Source: Hydrolagus colliei
Taxonomy: Eukaryota
Reading direction: 5' to 3'
DNA length: 64,000 nucleotides
Assembly: GCA_035084275.1 (NCBI GenBank)
Contig: CM068756.1
Location: 14,756,001 to 14,820,000, forward strand
Shown: piece after piece, positions 1 through 12,489 of the stretch
How positions within the stretch are numbered: position 1 is the stretch's first letter
Layout of the letters: each line of letters opens with the position of its first letter
The notes under the pieces: model-generated
Seen by the model: the letters and a program-made list of their open reading frames with translations, nothing else
Told to the model about the DNA's origin: nothing
The model's database searches: none
Made by a program: the position numbers and the translations under genes

Positions 1-129
1 GACTTCAATCCTCAAAGAAGCGCAAGATCACAGCAAAATGAGTTGCCCACTAAAAGAACAGCCCAGCAGGACAGAAAACAGGAAAATGGCGCTCACCAGC
101 AGAGGTCACTCCATTCAGTTGTGCTCAAC

Positions 130-260
130 TATGATTCAGGTAGAGACTACCCATCCTATTGGGAATATGTCAAATATATGTGCCCACTGTGGAGCCATGA
201 AATGGGCAATAGAAGTTCCTTCCATGTATTGCTTGCTTGGCAAGGTGGAACCGGAGTGAC
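130..260 (+). mobile_element. Helitron relic, N-terminal Cys-rich segment of RepHel
   Basis: Translation IGNMSNICAHCGAMKWAIEVPSMYCLLGKV resembles the Helitron IG.M...C..C.A.KW..E...CC..GKV motif (recognised from memory of the family). Confidence 0.6.
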
Positions 261-270
261 TCACAGAGCC

Positions 271-1152
271 AACAACAACAACAATTTACATTTATAGAGC
301 GCCTTTCACGTCGGGAGGACGTCCCAAGGCGCTGAACAGGAGGCGTGTGACCCGAGCTGGGAGGGGAGTGTTTGGGAAGGGGTGAAACACGAAGGGGAGG
401 TAAAAGAGTTCGGGGCGGAACAAAAGGCACGATCGAAGAGGAAAGTCTTCAAACCGGCCTTGAAAGAGGAAAGGGAAGAGACGAAACGGAGGGATTGAGG
501 GATGGCATTCCATAAGGTGGGAGCGGAGAAACTGAAGGCCTGGCCTCCAATGATGGGGCGGTTCGGGCGGGGGGCTTGGAGCAGGCCAAGTCCTGTTGAA
601 CGGAGGGTCCGGGTGGGCGTGTAGGGGGAGAGTAGATCGGTTAGGTAGGATGGGGCAAGGCCGTGTAAGGCCTTGTAGGTGAGGACAAGGATCTTAAACT
701 CGATCCTCTGGAGGATGGGGAGCCAGTGGAGACGGGCGAGGGTGGGGGTTATGTGGTCGCGGAGGCGGGTGCGGGATAGTACACGGGCTGCAGAGTTTTG
801 GATGGCCTGCAACCTATGAATGGAGGAACTGGAGAGGCCGACTAGGAGAGAATTTCCGTAGTCCAGCCGTGAGGTGAAGTATGCATGCACGAGTGTTTCG
901 GCAGCGCGGGGGGTAAGATAGTTGCGGAGCCTGGCAATGTTGCGTAGGTGGAAATAGGCGGTGCCGGTCAAGGCGCGGATGTGGGGGAGGAAGGAAAGTT
1001 TTTGATCGAACATGATGCCGAGGTTCCTGATTGGCTTTGTGAGGTGGAGAGTGCAACCTTGGATATTGAGGCTGGCAGCGCCCGATGTGCGGAGGCGCTG
1101 GCTTGAGCCAATCAGGAGGGCCTCGGTCTTATTCACGTTCAATTGCAAAAAG
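271..1152 (-). mobile_element. L2 LINE, young 5'-truncated copy (ORF2 C-terminus + 3' tail)
   Basis: Minus-strand ORF with [10 protein letters not shown] and [22 protein letters not shown]; ends in ...GTGAAAGGCGCT... + (TTG)n tail at 271-285. Confidence 0.92.
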
Positions 1153-1875
1153 TGTTCATGTGTGGAGAAGATGAGCCTCAGGACAAACATGTGAATCTAT
1201 ATACAGTACATGGTGGCTCTGCAAATGGGGCTAATGCCAATCTCCTTCTGGAAATTTGGGATAGCAAAATTCCAGTGAATCCAAAGATGGCCAAATTGAG
1301 AGTCCCAAAGGTTGTGGGGGGATTGTTCAAGATACAGCAGAGCTCAAAAGCAAACCTGAACCTCATCCACAACATCACAAATCATAGTGTTTGTATGAAC
1401 GAACAATCCTTGCTCCAAAAAATGAGTATCCCAGTGAGATCAATTCCCAGCGACCCAATGCCATTTCTAGCCAAAAAAACTGTACAAGTCCATACGTTTC
1501 TGACAATGAAAATGCGATTAAAATGCGATTTATCCAACAGAGTTTTCAAACTCTTTGGAGTCACGTGGTATGTCTCCACACAAACCTATACTGAAGGTTG
1601 GATGATAATCATGCTGCTAATGTATCTAGATGCACCAAAGCTATGCGGTTGTTGGTAAACCAATTAATGCCACATATTACAGAAGCAACTATTCTGATGG
1701 ATCAGTTCAAAGGGGAAGATATATTCATTATTCACATCTGAACGCTCCAAAGTGACTGCCCATTTGAATTCAAAAGGCTACAATTCCCTGTTCAAATGTG
1801 CTCTACCATGACAATTAACAAAGCACAGGGGCAGAATTCAAAGGTTGTTTTTGTCTACATAGAAGCCTTGCAATA
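1153..1875 (+). mobile_element. Helitron relic, PIF1-type helicase C-terminal part (stops and frameshifts)
   Basis: Motifs LRTNM, IMLLMYLDAPKLC, SDCPFEFKRLQFPVQMCSTMTINKAQGQ match Helitron helicase motifs. Confidence 0.8.
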
Positions 1876-1884
1876 ACTCGAGTA

Positions 1885-2290
1885 TTTGCTGGATCACACA
1901 GTAAACCCCTTCAGTACGCATAGCAGAATGGGGTCAATTTCCACATGTACACGGATGACACCCAATTCTATCTCTCTGCCTCCATCCTCGATTCCAGGAC
2001 AACTGTCATACGTCAAGTGCTGGATGAGAGACAACTTTCTACAGCTGAACATCAACAAGAATGAAGACCTTCTGATTGGCTCGCACCAGTGCCTCCACAC
2101 CTCAGGCATTGACAGCATCTGCATCCACGAGTGCACATTCCACCTCACCAAGCCAGTCAGAAACCTGGGTGTCTTGCTCAACCTTCAATTATCTTTTCTC
2201 CCACATATCTGTGTCATGACCAGCTCTGCCTTCCACCCACTCCACAACATGTGTCCAACTCCACTACTGCCTCACCCATGTGTCCAACTT
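1885..2290 (+). mobile_element. Old L2 RT fragment
   Basis: Decayed [13 protein letters not shown] / [15 protein letters not shown] segment homologous to the young L2 copies. Confidence 0.75.
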
Positions 2291-2324
2291 TGCCACACTG
2301 AGAACTCAGTTTGGATTGAGAATT

Positions 2325-2640
2325 TAATAATAATAATAATCCTTGCATTTGATATAGTGCTGTTCACGTCTTCTAGACGTCTCAAAGCACTTCACAGAAT
2401 ATACCATAAAGTGAATTGACTGTATATATGTGGATGAAATGCAGCAGCAATTTGCACCCCACAGTATCTGACAAACAGTCGTGGATTGAAGTGAACAATT
2501 TATTATTGCTTTTTTTGAGGGACTATTATCAGCTGTGTGGAGTAAGGAAAATTGCCCAAAGCTTTGCCCTGGATGGGGTTCAACCCAGGTCTCTCGCTTG
2601 TAAAGTGTGTGCTCTAGCCACCAAACTACATGGCTCCACA
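2325..2640 (-). mobile_element. tRNA-headed SINE with L2-like tail (Deu/SacSINE-like)
   Basis: Reverse complement of the SINE at 44953-45275; (TTA)n tail. Confidence 0.8.
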
Positions 2641-2712
2641 AGTTAGTTAATACAGTTAGGTAACTAACTAGGTTCGTTGAATAACTGAAAGTAATCAACT
2701 TTGATGTAATCA

Positions 2713-3658
2713 ACCATCGATGTTCTGACAGCATGTCTGTCTGACATTGAGTCCTGGACGAGGGACAACTTCCTCCAATTGAACGTGAGCAAGGCCGAGG
2801 CCCTCCTGATTGGCTCAAGCCAGCGCCTCCGCACATCGGGCGCTGCCAGCCTCAACATCCAAGGCTGTACTCTCCACGTCACAAAGCAAGTCAGGAACCT
2901 CGGCATCACGTTCGACCATAAACTCTCCTTCCTCCCCCACATCCGTGCCTTGACCGGCACCGCTTATTTCCACCTGCGCAACATTGCCAGACTCCGCAAC
3001 TACCTCACCCCCCACGCTGCCGAAACACTCGTGCACGCGTACATCACCTCATGGCTGGACTACGGAAACTCTCTCCTCGTCGGCCTCCCCACTTCCTCCA
3101 TTCACAGGCTGCAGGTCATCCAAAACTCTGCAGCCCGTGTACTATCCCGCACCCGCCTCCGCGACCACATAACCCCCACCCTCGCCCGTCTCCACTGGCT
3201 CCCCATCCGCCAGAGGATCAAATTCAAGATCCTCGTCCTCACTTTCAAGGCCTTACACGGCCTTGCCCCGCCCTACTTAACCGACTTACTTTCCCCCTAC
3301 ACGCCCACCCGGACCCTCCGTTCAGCAGGACTTGGCCTGCTCCAAGCCCCCCGCCCGAACCGCCCCACCATTGGAGGCCGGGCTTTCAGTTTTTCCGCTC
3401 CCACCCCGTGGAATTCCATCCCCCAATCCCTCCGTCTTGTTTCTTCCCTTTCCTCTTTCAAGGCCGGTTTGAAGACTTTCCTCTTTGACCGTGCCTTTTG
3501 TTCCCCACCGAATTTTTCGACCTCCCCTACATGTTTCACCCCTTCCCGAACACCCCCCTCACAGCTCGAGTCACACGCCTCCTGTGCAGCGCCTTGGGAC
3601 GTCCTCCCGACGTGAAAGGCGCTTTATAAGTTTAAGTTGTTGTTGTTGTTGTTGTTGT
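2713..3658 (+). mobile_element. L2 LINE, young 5'-truncated copy
   Basis: 278-aa open ORF2 fragment, same family as 271-1152; (TTG)n tail at about 3637-3658. Confidence 0.92.
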
Positions 3659-3774
3659 TAATAACATTACCACAAACTTTGATTGTTTCTTTCAGATGGA
3701 GTTTAAGCTTCCAATAAAATAACTGAAAGTAAATAACTTTTAAGTGGACAACTGTAAATGCCAGAGAACCCTCC

Positions 3775-3835
3775 GAGCCAATCGTATGACCTGACAGAGA
3801 CAGGAAGTCAGTTATCATTGCCTCATATAAAATCT
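3775..3835 (+). promoter_or_regulatory. Gene A putative promoter (CCAAT, ETS core ACAGGAAGTC, TATAAA)
   Basis: CCAAT 3778-3782, ACAGGAAGTC 3800-3809, TATAAA 3826-3831; same order upstream of gene B. Confidence 0.5.
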
Positions 3836-3902
3836 TAAACAACTACAATTACTTACTTCTGAGCAGTAATAAGTTCATCTTTGGTCTCAACACGCGGTGA
3901 GA

Positions 3903-3957
3903 ATGTTGGAGAGTTATGTGTTTCAGTATGTATATCTGATTGGGATTATTTCCACAG
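3903..3957 (+). CDS. Gene A exon 1, leader MLESYVFQYVYLIGIIST-G
   Basis: ATG + 18 codons + phase-1 donor G|GTGCGT; same size in all paralogs. Confidence 0.8.
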
Positions 3958-4108
3958 GTGCGTGTTCATTCTATACCCCAATTTGCCGAAAATGGAAATA
4001 AATGACGTAATATAATATTATTTTTATTGATAGAATAAGTCTCTGTGCATTACTTTGTCTTTCACTGTAATTCTCTTTCTAATTAACGTTTGAATTTATT
4101 TCTGATAG

Positions 4109-4429
4109 TTGTTGATGGTACAATGATCAGAGTGACCCAAATCCCAGATCATATGGAGGCAATTAGAGGCACTAACGTTACCTTCCACTGCATGTTTCCT
4201 GACGCTCAATCCAACTCACGTGTAAAAGTTTACTGGTTGAAAGAGGGAGAGAATAGCTACCTGCATACAAGGGAGGATAAAAGACAACTGTTTGAGTTTG
4301 AAAGTGAACAAAAAAGCTTCTTTAAACTCCAAAATGTGAATCTCCAGGACTCTGGTGTGTATCATTGTGTTCTCGTGCTTCAGGGGAAAATAGCGGCCAG
4401 TGGACCTGGATCACGCCTGGATGTATGGG
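4109..4429 (+). CDS. Gene A exon 2, Ig V-set domain with J-like end (GPGSRLDV)
   Basis: AG acceptor; C-x14-W; DSGVYHC; phase-1 donor GTAGGT; 321 nt. Confidence 0.92.
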
Positions 4430-5794
4430 GTAGGTATGGTTTCAGTGAAGAACGGCAATATTCCAAATTAGATTTTGAGCCAAAAACTCTGACCATGTGT
4501 GAAGGACATTTTCATTATTTTTAGAATATGAAACAGGTGTTTCAAAATGTTATCCTTTAAAATGAATCTTCCTGGGGCCAGATGGGGTCTGCTTGGAGAT
4601 GACTCCCGAATTATTCACTTGACAATAGAATGTCTGAATCATATCAACCCTCTGCAATGGCCTCAGTCATTGGTCCAGCTCTTAACCCAGGCAGGGCTGC
4701 TGTATTCTGGGGCATGACTTTTGCCAGCCTAGTTCATCAGTTGGACTAAGAGAGACAGGCTTGTCATTCTGGGCAGGCTGATAACATTGAACCTGTTAAC
4801 ATTAACTCTGCAGGTAATATAGCCCTCATGGATACGGTTACGTCACATAGATCATGCACTCATATGCAACAGTGAATCTTAATTTTTAATTTTATTATTC
4901 TTATCATATTCTTACATGTTTGGAAAGCATGTGCTAAAGTGTTAGCTGGGAATGTTGTTCAGCGCTACATTACCAGCAGTGTCTTTATTCGGATAAGATC
5001 GCCATTTGATATCAACAGTAAAAAGATGATACCTTTTGAAAAGAGTGCCTCCCGGTGTGCCAATGAACATATCCACAATTTTATCTCCAGACAGAATTTT
5101 CTCCAGATAAAATTGTACATACAAAAAAGCTTTGTGATGTGATTTGAGGGATTTCAACTTACTGAGAATCTATATCAAATGCAAGGATATTTAAAACATA
5201 ATTTTGTAAAGATTTGGACTATTTAAAACTCCAAGTTTTCATTAAATATGATTTAAATCATCAACTAAATAGATTTAGTTAAATATAATGTCAGTAATTA
5301 ATTATTTCTTCATTTCACTGAGAATGAATACAATATCAGCATTGGCTACATTGCTGTTGTGATTGTCTGTGTGGCTCAAACATTATTTTCTTCTCCGGAA
5401 TTTCAATCTATAACTATAAAACAGTTTTTCTTATTACCCCAGTACCAGGCATGGATAAATGAAACGAACAAATTTGTTTGAATGGGGATATATATCAGAA
5501 TTGTGAAAAATAATATTTTATTATGCGGAGATTGAGACATTCAATGTGATAACTTTACATTCTATATTTATTCATTTTTGAGTGGAACTTTAGTGATAGA
5601 GTATCGTTCCCGAGACAAATTTTATAGTTGTTATTGATGGCGAACAAATCAAAATCAGAACTAAAGATTTACAAAGCAAATCAATCATACTCAAGATTCT
5701 GTATTGAAACAAATGGTATACAAATCATAATACAGTTTAATCTCCACCAACTGATGAAACTTTTTGTAATTCTGCTGCACCATTTGTTCTACAG

Positions 5795-6106
5795 TTCCTC
5801 CAACTCCACTGAAGATTTTCTCAAAAATTCCTAAAATAGGTTTGCAAGACACTCTGACTCTTGTGTGTGAAACCACTGCATTTTATCCAGAGAATCTTAA
5901 CCTCACTTGGTATAAAAATGGCACCAAAATTCCATCTGGAATGAATATCTCTAAACAGCGGAATGCAGAGGGATTGTATGAAGTTTCAAGCTTTGTGGAA
6001 GCGAACAAGCCTGTCCAAAGTGGGGTTGTTTATACCTGTCAGGTTTCTCACATCAGCCTTCAGATTCCAGAAATTGCCAACTACACAGTTGAGTTCTCCA
6101 ACACAG
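5795..6106 (+). CDS. Gene A exon 3, Ig C1-set domain
   Basis: LVCETTAFYPENLNLTWYKNG...GLYEVSS...YTCQVSH; AG/GT sites, phase 1. Confidence 0.92.
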
Positions 6107-6479
6107 GTAGGATGCCAGTAATCTTACTGTCATAATAAAATTTAAAATCTGTATTTTTTTCAAAAGAATATTTCCTACTATTAATTACAGCAAATTAGGT
6201 AAAATCCACTTATTCTTTACATGCAATCATATATATATATATATATCTGCATGATTTTCTTTCAAATGCTCTATGCAATATATCCTGTGAAGCATTGTAA
6301 GACTTGCTCTCTGTGTGAAAGGCATGGTATTCAAGAATTATTTACCGTTATGTAGTGCATCATTAACAATAAATTACATTTGTACAGTCTTTCACAATCA
6401 TTGGCATATTCTGTTTACAACACTAAATGGAATGAACTAATACTGTTTTACCTTTTTCTTTGTATTATTATTGGAATAG

Positions 6480-6584
6480 GAAATAATATTGAAGTCTATC
6501 AAATACTAATATCTGGATGTGCAGGAGTGACATTTCTCGTACTTTTAATCATTGTAATGTCATGGCGATTAACAAAAAGGAAAG
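6480..6584 (+). CDS. Gene A exon 4, uncharged TM (ILISGCAGVTFLVLLIIVMSW-RLTKRK)
   Basis: Hydrophobic run followed by basic stop-transfer residues; AG/GTAAGA, phase 1. Confidence 0.85.
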
Positions 6585-7448
6585 GTAAGATACATTTAGG
6601 TTTTAATTAGGCTTTAATTTTATTTTTCTTTTAACGTAATACTTCAATGATTAACTTAACAGGTCCATGGGTGGCACGGCTATTAATGTGGTTGAAAGGA
6701 TAAAGAATAAAGCAATGTGATACTTTTATACCACTGAAATTTATGTTGCAAACACCATACTGGTAATTTAATTAGATGTTCGTTTACAGCAGAAGTTTAC
6801 TCTGGACAACAAATGTCTCAAGTCTTCTCATATCTATATGTATTGGTTGAAATGTGAGTATAGGGGGCTACAGGATGGTGGGGTGGGGGGGGGGGGTGGG
6901 AGGAAGGTTTTAAGGCAAGGTGGAGAAAGTGAGGGAGTGTGTTCCAGAGATTTGGGGTATAGTGGCTGAAAGTGTGACCTGTGATGGTGGGACACTGGGT
7001 GCGATGGTGAGCAGGGGCCGGCTGCCAATCAAGAAGAAGCACTGGGTGGTGGACTGCGGAGTGCGGAGGTCAGAGAGGTAGGGAGGTGCCAGAGAGTGAA
7101 TGGATTTGAAAACCTGCGTGAGGACCTAGATTCAGCAATTTAGTTTAGAGTAAGGCAGGTGCAAATCTTTGCCACTACTATTCCAAGACAATCTATGCAG
7201 TTCCCAAGTCTCCAATCTGGCTAAACTGAGCCTAATGCTTTCCCACCATCTCTTTTTATTGTACAGTTAACAGTAAAGGAAGATTGTTGCTGCCCTTATC
7301 CTGCAATAGTAAGCTTTTATATTTTATAAATCGTAGCTGAAAGCTATTGGGCAGGCAAACAGTTTTAGTTCGCTCACCCATTTTCATGGGCGTATAAGAT
7401 AATATGAAAATTCTGTACATTTCACTTTTTGAATTGTTTTCGTTTCAG

Positions 7449-7492
7449 GCTCGCACAGAAAGCTGAATGGGTGTGATGTTTGTGGAAAGCAG
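7449..7492 (+). CDS. Gene A exon 5, 44-nt cytoplasmic exon (GSHRKLNGCDVCGKQ)
   Basis: Same length, phase and similar sequence as the 44-nt exons of D and E. Confidence 0.8.
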
Positions 7493-8225
7493 GTAAAGCA
7501 CAGAATTAATTTGAGAAGATGTTTCCATGTTACAATGGAATAAGATTTGTGTTGTAATGATGTCAGTATATTTGGAACAGGGACTGAATATTCTCACCAT
7601 TGTTAACGTTGAATGCCTCATTTACCCGCTTCCATTACTTCTAATTATTGCCCCCCTTCACTGTGTCATTCCAATGTTTTCTGTAAGCTATCCATCTGGT
7701 TAGTATATGGTATGAGGTGTAATGAAGCACTGTTGCATAAATCTGCGTAAAACAGTGCAAGTTGTATGTTAAATATTTGAAACATGGCAGCTGATGTTTA
7801 TTTCTATTACATGGCATAAGAGCTGTGATGTATATAACAACAACAACAACAACTTTGATTTATATAGAAGTTGTATATTGCACAGATATGTGATTTTATT
7901 ATACAATGTTTAATAGCAGGCATGAGCATTGTGTTTATAATGGCTTCTGAAAATATTAGCTGTATTTTGAGGTACAGAAAACTACTGTTGCGAGACTCTT
8001 CCTTGACTATTTTCAGGTGCACGTGAATATGAGGTTTGGTGAGAGGTGAACAGATACCTGTATCTGGGTCTCTATTACAGATTCATTGCATTTAGCCGGC
8101 CTCCACACAGATTGTAAAACAAGTCAAGTTTCCAAATTAATATTCAGATGCTGTATTGCTTAACCAGCAGCGGAGACAAGTAAAGACCAGGGACCAACCA
8201 AATAACCACACCTTGTGTTTTATAG

Positions 8226-8312
8226 AAAATCCATGAAGAGACGTATGAGACAGTGGAATATGTCCCATCTGATTTGAAAAGACATCCAGGGAAAGTGGCA
8301 GTAGGTGCCAAG
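8226..8312 (+). CDS. Gene A cytoplasmic cassette exon 'a' (KIHEETYETVEYVPSDLKRHPGKVAVGAK), ITIM degenerate
   Basis: Homologous to ETVAYATLDLK of gene D; phase-0 donor AAG|GTACAT at the homologous position; read-through stop at 8333. Confidence 0.55.
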
Positions 8313-8800
8313 GTACATAAAATTGTGATATAGATTCTTTATAACTAATATGATATCCGGTGATATCAAGTAAAATTGAACTAACATTTATTTTTTAGGA
8401 TAAGCTTGTTTGTGTAATACGATAACTTTTCCTCCTACTATATTTCATCCTCTCCTCAGCCGCTTGTCTGAATTCTGGTAGATTTGCAGGGTAGTGTCCA
8501 AGTAGTCCAAATAGGCAAAATATGTGATATCACCAATAGAACATGCCTACAGTGATATTAATAACCGTTTCCCATCAGTCAATTAGCATTGCACAAACTA
8601 AGAGATATCACATCTTGTTGGATGTATCATAGAACGGAGACCATCTACTGTGACGTCTGGCTTCATGAGTCTGAGTTTAGCATTGGGTGGTTCTTTACTA
8701 GATGAACAACAGGGTCAAATAGTTACTTTTGAAGATTTGAAGATTTCTACATGCTGATAAAATGAGTTAGTAACTGGAATCTCAACCATTCCCTTCACAG

Positions 8801-8980
8801 ACCAAACAAGTGACAGACGGTAACATGCTGACGTATGCAAGTTTGGACTTGTCTGGCTCCAAAACAAAGGGAAAGAGAAATCCTGAATGCAGTGATAGTA
8901 AAACAGAATATGCCCAGATACACGTGAGAAAGCATAGAGTCGCAGAACCAACCAACTACAAGGAACCAACAGTAGCATAA
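8801..8980 (+). CDS. Gene A terminal exon 'b' with ITIM LTYASL and ITSM TEYAQI
   Basis: CACAG acceptor; TKQVTDGNMLTYASLDLSGSK...KTEYAQIHVRK...stop; homologous to 59146-59352. Confidence 0.85.
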   Translation, partial: TKQVTDGNMLTYASLDLSGSKTKGKRNPECSDSKTEYAQIHVRKHRVAEPTNYKEPTVA

Positions 8981-10389
8981 TGGTACAATGGGGACAGAAA
9001 CAAATTTATCTATGTTGGTACTGTTGTGTTATGCATAGCATATCAGGCCTGTTTTTGCTAATCTGATATCGTATCTCAAACAGACCTATAGTTATTTGCA
9101 TCGTTACGTTTTTTGTCCATTCTTGCGTGGCCTCCATCCTTCAGAAGAGTTCCAGATACGTGTCCTCAATTTTAAATCTCACCACCATCTTGCACACCAT
9201 ACCTCTGCAACCTTCATCAACCCTAAAAATCCACCCTGCCCACTGCTCAGTGAGCACTGACCTGCTCCACGTTCCCTGTCACACTTTTGATAGTCAGGAT
9301 TTCAGCCTATCTGCTCCCCCTCTCTGGAACTCTCACTGGAAGACCATTTGCCTTGTGCCTTCCCTCGCTTCATTTAAGGTCCATTTTAAGACTTCCTCTT
9401 TCATCTCACACTTCATCATCCACTCCCCACACCTTCATTGAGGTACTCCCTCCTCCCAAATTGTTTTGTCTGCTGGGTTTTATTTTTAAAAAAGGAAGTA
9501 TCTATTGCTGATCATGGCAATATTACATTGCTTCATTGCTTAAAAAAAAGTGTCATGTTTAATCCTAACATTACAATGTCTCTAAATGTAACCATGAATA
9601 CTTTAACCAAAAATAACTGATAAAGCACCACACAAATACCAATAAAACTATGTAATCTATTTAAAAGAGATGGGTGTAATGGTGCATTTTTTCAAACAAC
9701 CATTTCATAAGGAATAATAATCCTTGCATTTGATGTAGTTATAATAAGAAACCTTGCATTTGATATAGCGCTTTTCACAGAATATGAAACACATCTCAAA
9801 GCGCTTCACAGAATATACTGTAAAGTGAATTGATATATTTGTGGGCGAAATGCCAGAGCCAATTGGGCACAGCAATCCCACAAACAGTTGCTGACCTATA
9901 TTATTATTGTGTTTTTTTTTGGATGGATTATTGTTAGCGTCTTGAGTAAGGAAACTTGCCCAAGGTTTTGCCCTGATTTGCCTGGTTTTGAAACACAGGT
10001 CTCACGCTTATAAGGCGAGTGCTCTAACCATTAAGCTGCAGGAGCATGCAGTTATTGCCTGATCACATTGTCCAGACAGTAAACACTTCACAGTAAGTGT
10101 GGCTGTATTCTGTGGGTAAAATCAGTAGACAATCTGGGCTCAACAAAGTCCCATAAACAGTCATGTAGTGAGTGACCAATTCTATTTCGGGAAATGTTGG
10201 TCAGGACACTGGGAGAATCTCCCTTCTCTTTTCCAATAGTGCCTTGAAATCTTTAGGGTCCACTTGAACAGGCAGACAGGACCTCGGTTTAACGTCTCAT
10301 CCAAAACGCGATCAGAATTAATAAAACACATTTTGCGCTTTCAAACACTTCATCTCTAGAATAGCAACAAACTGCTATGTCTCATGTGT

Positions 10390-10655
10390 TACTTTGAGAG
10401 TTTGTTACCACAATCAGATGCAATCTGTGATAAGGTTAAACAGTGGACGTTCCAATGGTCGTGTATCTGCTTAAACACACTGAAACGGAAGTATCAAAAT
10501 TTTCAAAGGCTGTTATTTTTACTACGCTTGCCAGTGACGTATATAGTTCCACTGCAAGCTTCTCACTGCATGTGATTAAATATAGAATGCGATTTATTGA
10601 CCTATGTCCTTCTATTCGCAGTTAATATATTTGGTGTTACTCACTATGTAGTGAT
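10390..10655 (+). pseudogene. Decayed V-set exon remnant
   Basis: Frameshifted VVYLLK ... SFSLHV ... NIECDLLTYV (DxxxY spacing); homologous to blocks at 22.5, 48.2 and 60.4 kb. Confidence 0.45.
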
Positions 10656-11247
10656 TCTATTGATTGCTGAAAGAGTTTCTATGATTATACGGAAGTGTCT
10701 CTCCTCATAAATTAAATAAGAACATTGCAGGTCAACTTAATGAAGAAAATTAAGTTTTTGAATTGCCATAAACTCCTAAATATTTTATCATGATACATTT
10801 CTGTTTCTATAACCATGGTCATTACCACTGCAAATTATTTGTCACAAATTACATGTCACCCACCTTCCCCCAATAAAACATTAAACCATTCCAAAGAAAT
10901 AATTATTTCACTAAATACTACTTCAGCAACAAACCATTTCTCCAGTCTACTGAGGAGGAATATAAAGGAGTTTCTCAGCTGTATTGTGACACAGTTCAAA
11001 ATCTATTTTCTTGTCCTGAGTTTTCATCTCCAATTCCATTCCAACTATAAGACTATATAATCACAGAAATAATATGTAGCTAAACTTCCTATTGCTACCA
11101 TTTACATGTGCATAACAGATTTGAGTGGAACATTATGATTTACATGAATTGTGGGAGCTGAAAAGAAAAACAATTTGCACAGAAGTTATGTAATTCTGCT
11201 CAGTGATCAGTTCCACCAACTGTATTGGTGGAACTGTAATTCTACAG

Positions 11248-11290
11248 TTCCACCAATACAGTTGATGATTTTCCCTACACTTCCTAAATG
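11248..11290 (+). pseudogene. Truncated C1 exon stub (VPPIQLMIFPTLPK)
   Basis: TTCTACAG|TTCCACCAATACAGTTGATGATTTTC matches C1 exon start TTCTACAG|TTCCTCCAACTCCACTGAAGATTTTC; cut off by L2-derived sequence. Confidence 0.6.
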
Positions 11291-11299
11291 CGACCCATT

Positions 11300-12400
11300 T
11301 GCATCTCTGACTGTCCTGTGTTAAACACGAGCATATTACCCCAAGAATCTCAGTTTTTGAGACCGTGGAACATTCAATCCTCCTCCACTGCCTCTCCTCT
11401 CACCTCAACCTTCAAGGTTCGGTCCTTGACTCTTTCCGGTCTTATCACACACCATCTCCAATTTGTTTCCACTAACAGTTTCTCTTCCAGCTCCCAAACC
11501 AACACATGCTTGACCCTGGTCCTATCTTCTTCAACCTCTACATGATCCCCTTGGTGACACCATCCATCAGCAGACATGTACATGGATGACACCTAACTCT
11601 ATCCCTGCCTCCATCCTTAATTCCAGGAAAACTGGAGTCCTGACAGATTGGCTGTCAGACATCAAGTAATAGATGAGAGATAACTTTCTATAGTTGAATG
11701 TCAGAAAAATTTAGGCCCTCCTGATTGGCTCATGCCAGTGCCTCTGCACCTCAATTACTGGCAGCATCAACATCCATGGATGCACACTCCATCTCACCAA
11801 TCCAGTTAGAAACCTTAGGTGTCTTCTTTGACCCTGAAATGTTCTTTCTCCCCCATATCAGCTCTGTATTCCACCACCTCTGTCCTAGTCAGTCACTGCC
11901 TCACCCCTTAGGCCACAAAACTGTCACACATGCTTTTGTAACCTCAAAGCCTGACTACGGCATCTCCCTCCTTGCTGGCCTCCTCAATTCTTCCCTCCAC
12001 AAGCTACAGATCACCCTAAACCTCACACTTGCCCAGCTCCACTGGCTCCCCACCCCTCAAAGGATAGAATTCAAAATTCTCTTCCTCATCTACCAGGCTC
12101 TCCATTCACATGACCACCCTTACCACTCTAACCAGATGATCCCTTATCAACCTGCCTGCTCTGTCCATTCGATAGGCCCCTAACTGCTGCATATCTCCTG
12201 TCTGACCAGCCCTATGATTGGTGGCTGGGCTTTTAGCCTCTCTGACTCTACCCTTTGGAACTCCATGCCATAATACCTTCACCTTACTCCCTCCCTTGCC
12301 TCATTCATGGCTAGAATCAATGGCTACTCTTCAATCATATCTGCAGCTGCCCTCCTACATATTTAATTCTGTTGTTCAACTGCTGGGACGTTGCGTTTAT
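11300..12400 (+). mobile_element. Old L2 LINE fragment
   Basis: Decayed RT (MYMDD for YADD), [27 protein letters not shown]. Confidence 0.8.
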
Positions 12401-12489
12401 CCAGGCCTTGATGTCCATCAAAAAAGCTGACGAGATATAATAATAACTTTTACGTGGACAAAAGCTGTTGCAAATCCCATTGAACACTC

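Noticed and set aside
814-3539. Multiple overlapping antisense/alternate-frame ORFs
   Set aside because: Shadows of GC-rich L2 ORF2 sequence
5335-5480. Hydrophobic reading ISIGYIAVVIVCV in the V-C1 intron of A (conserved in B at about 14225)
   Set aside because: No phase-1 acceptor, and an early stop in gene B; treated as shared intron sequence
8017-8049. Candidate extra cytoplasmic exon of gene A after TTTCAG
   Set aside because: Reads VHVNMRFGER* with no counterpart in D or E; insufficient support
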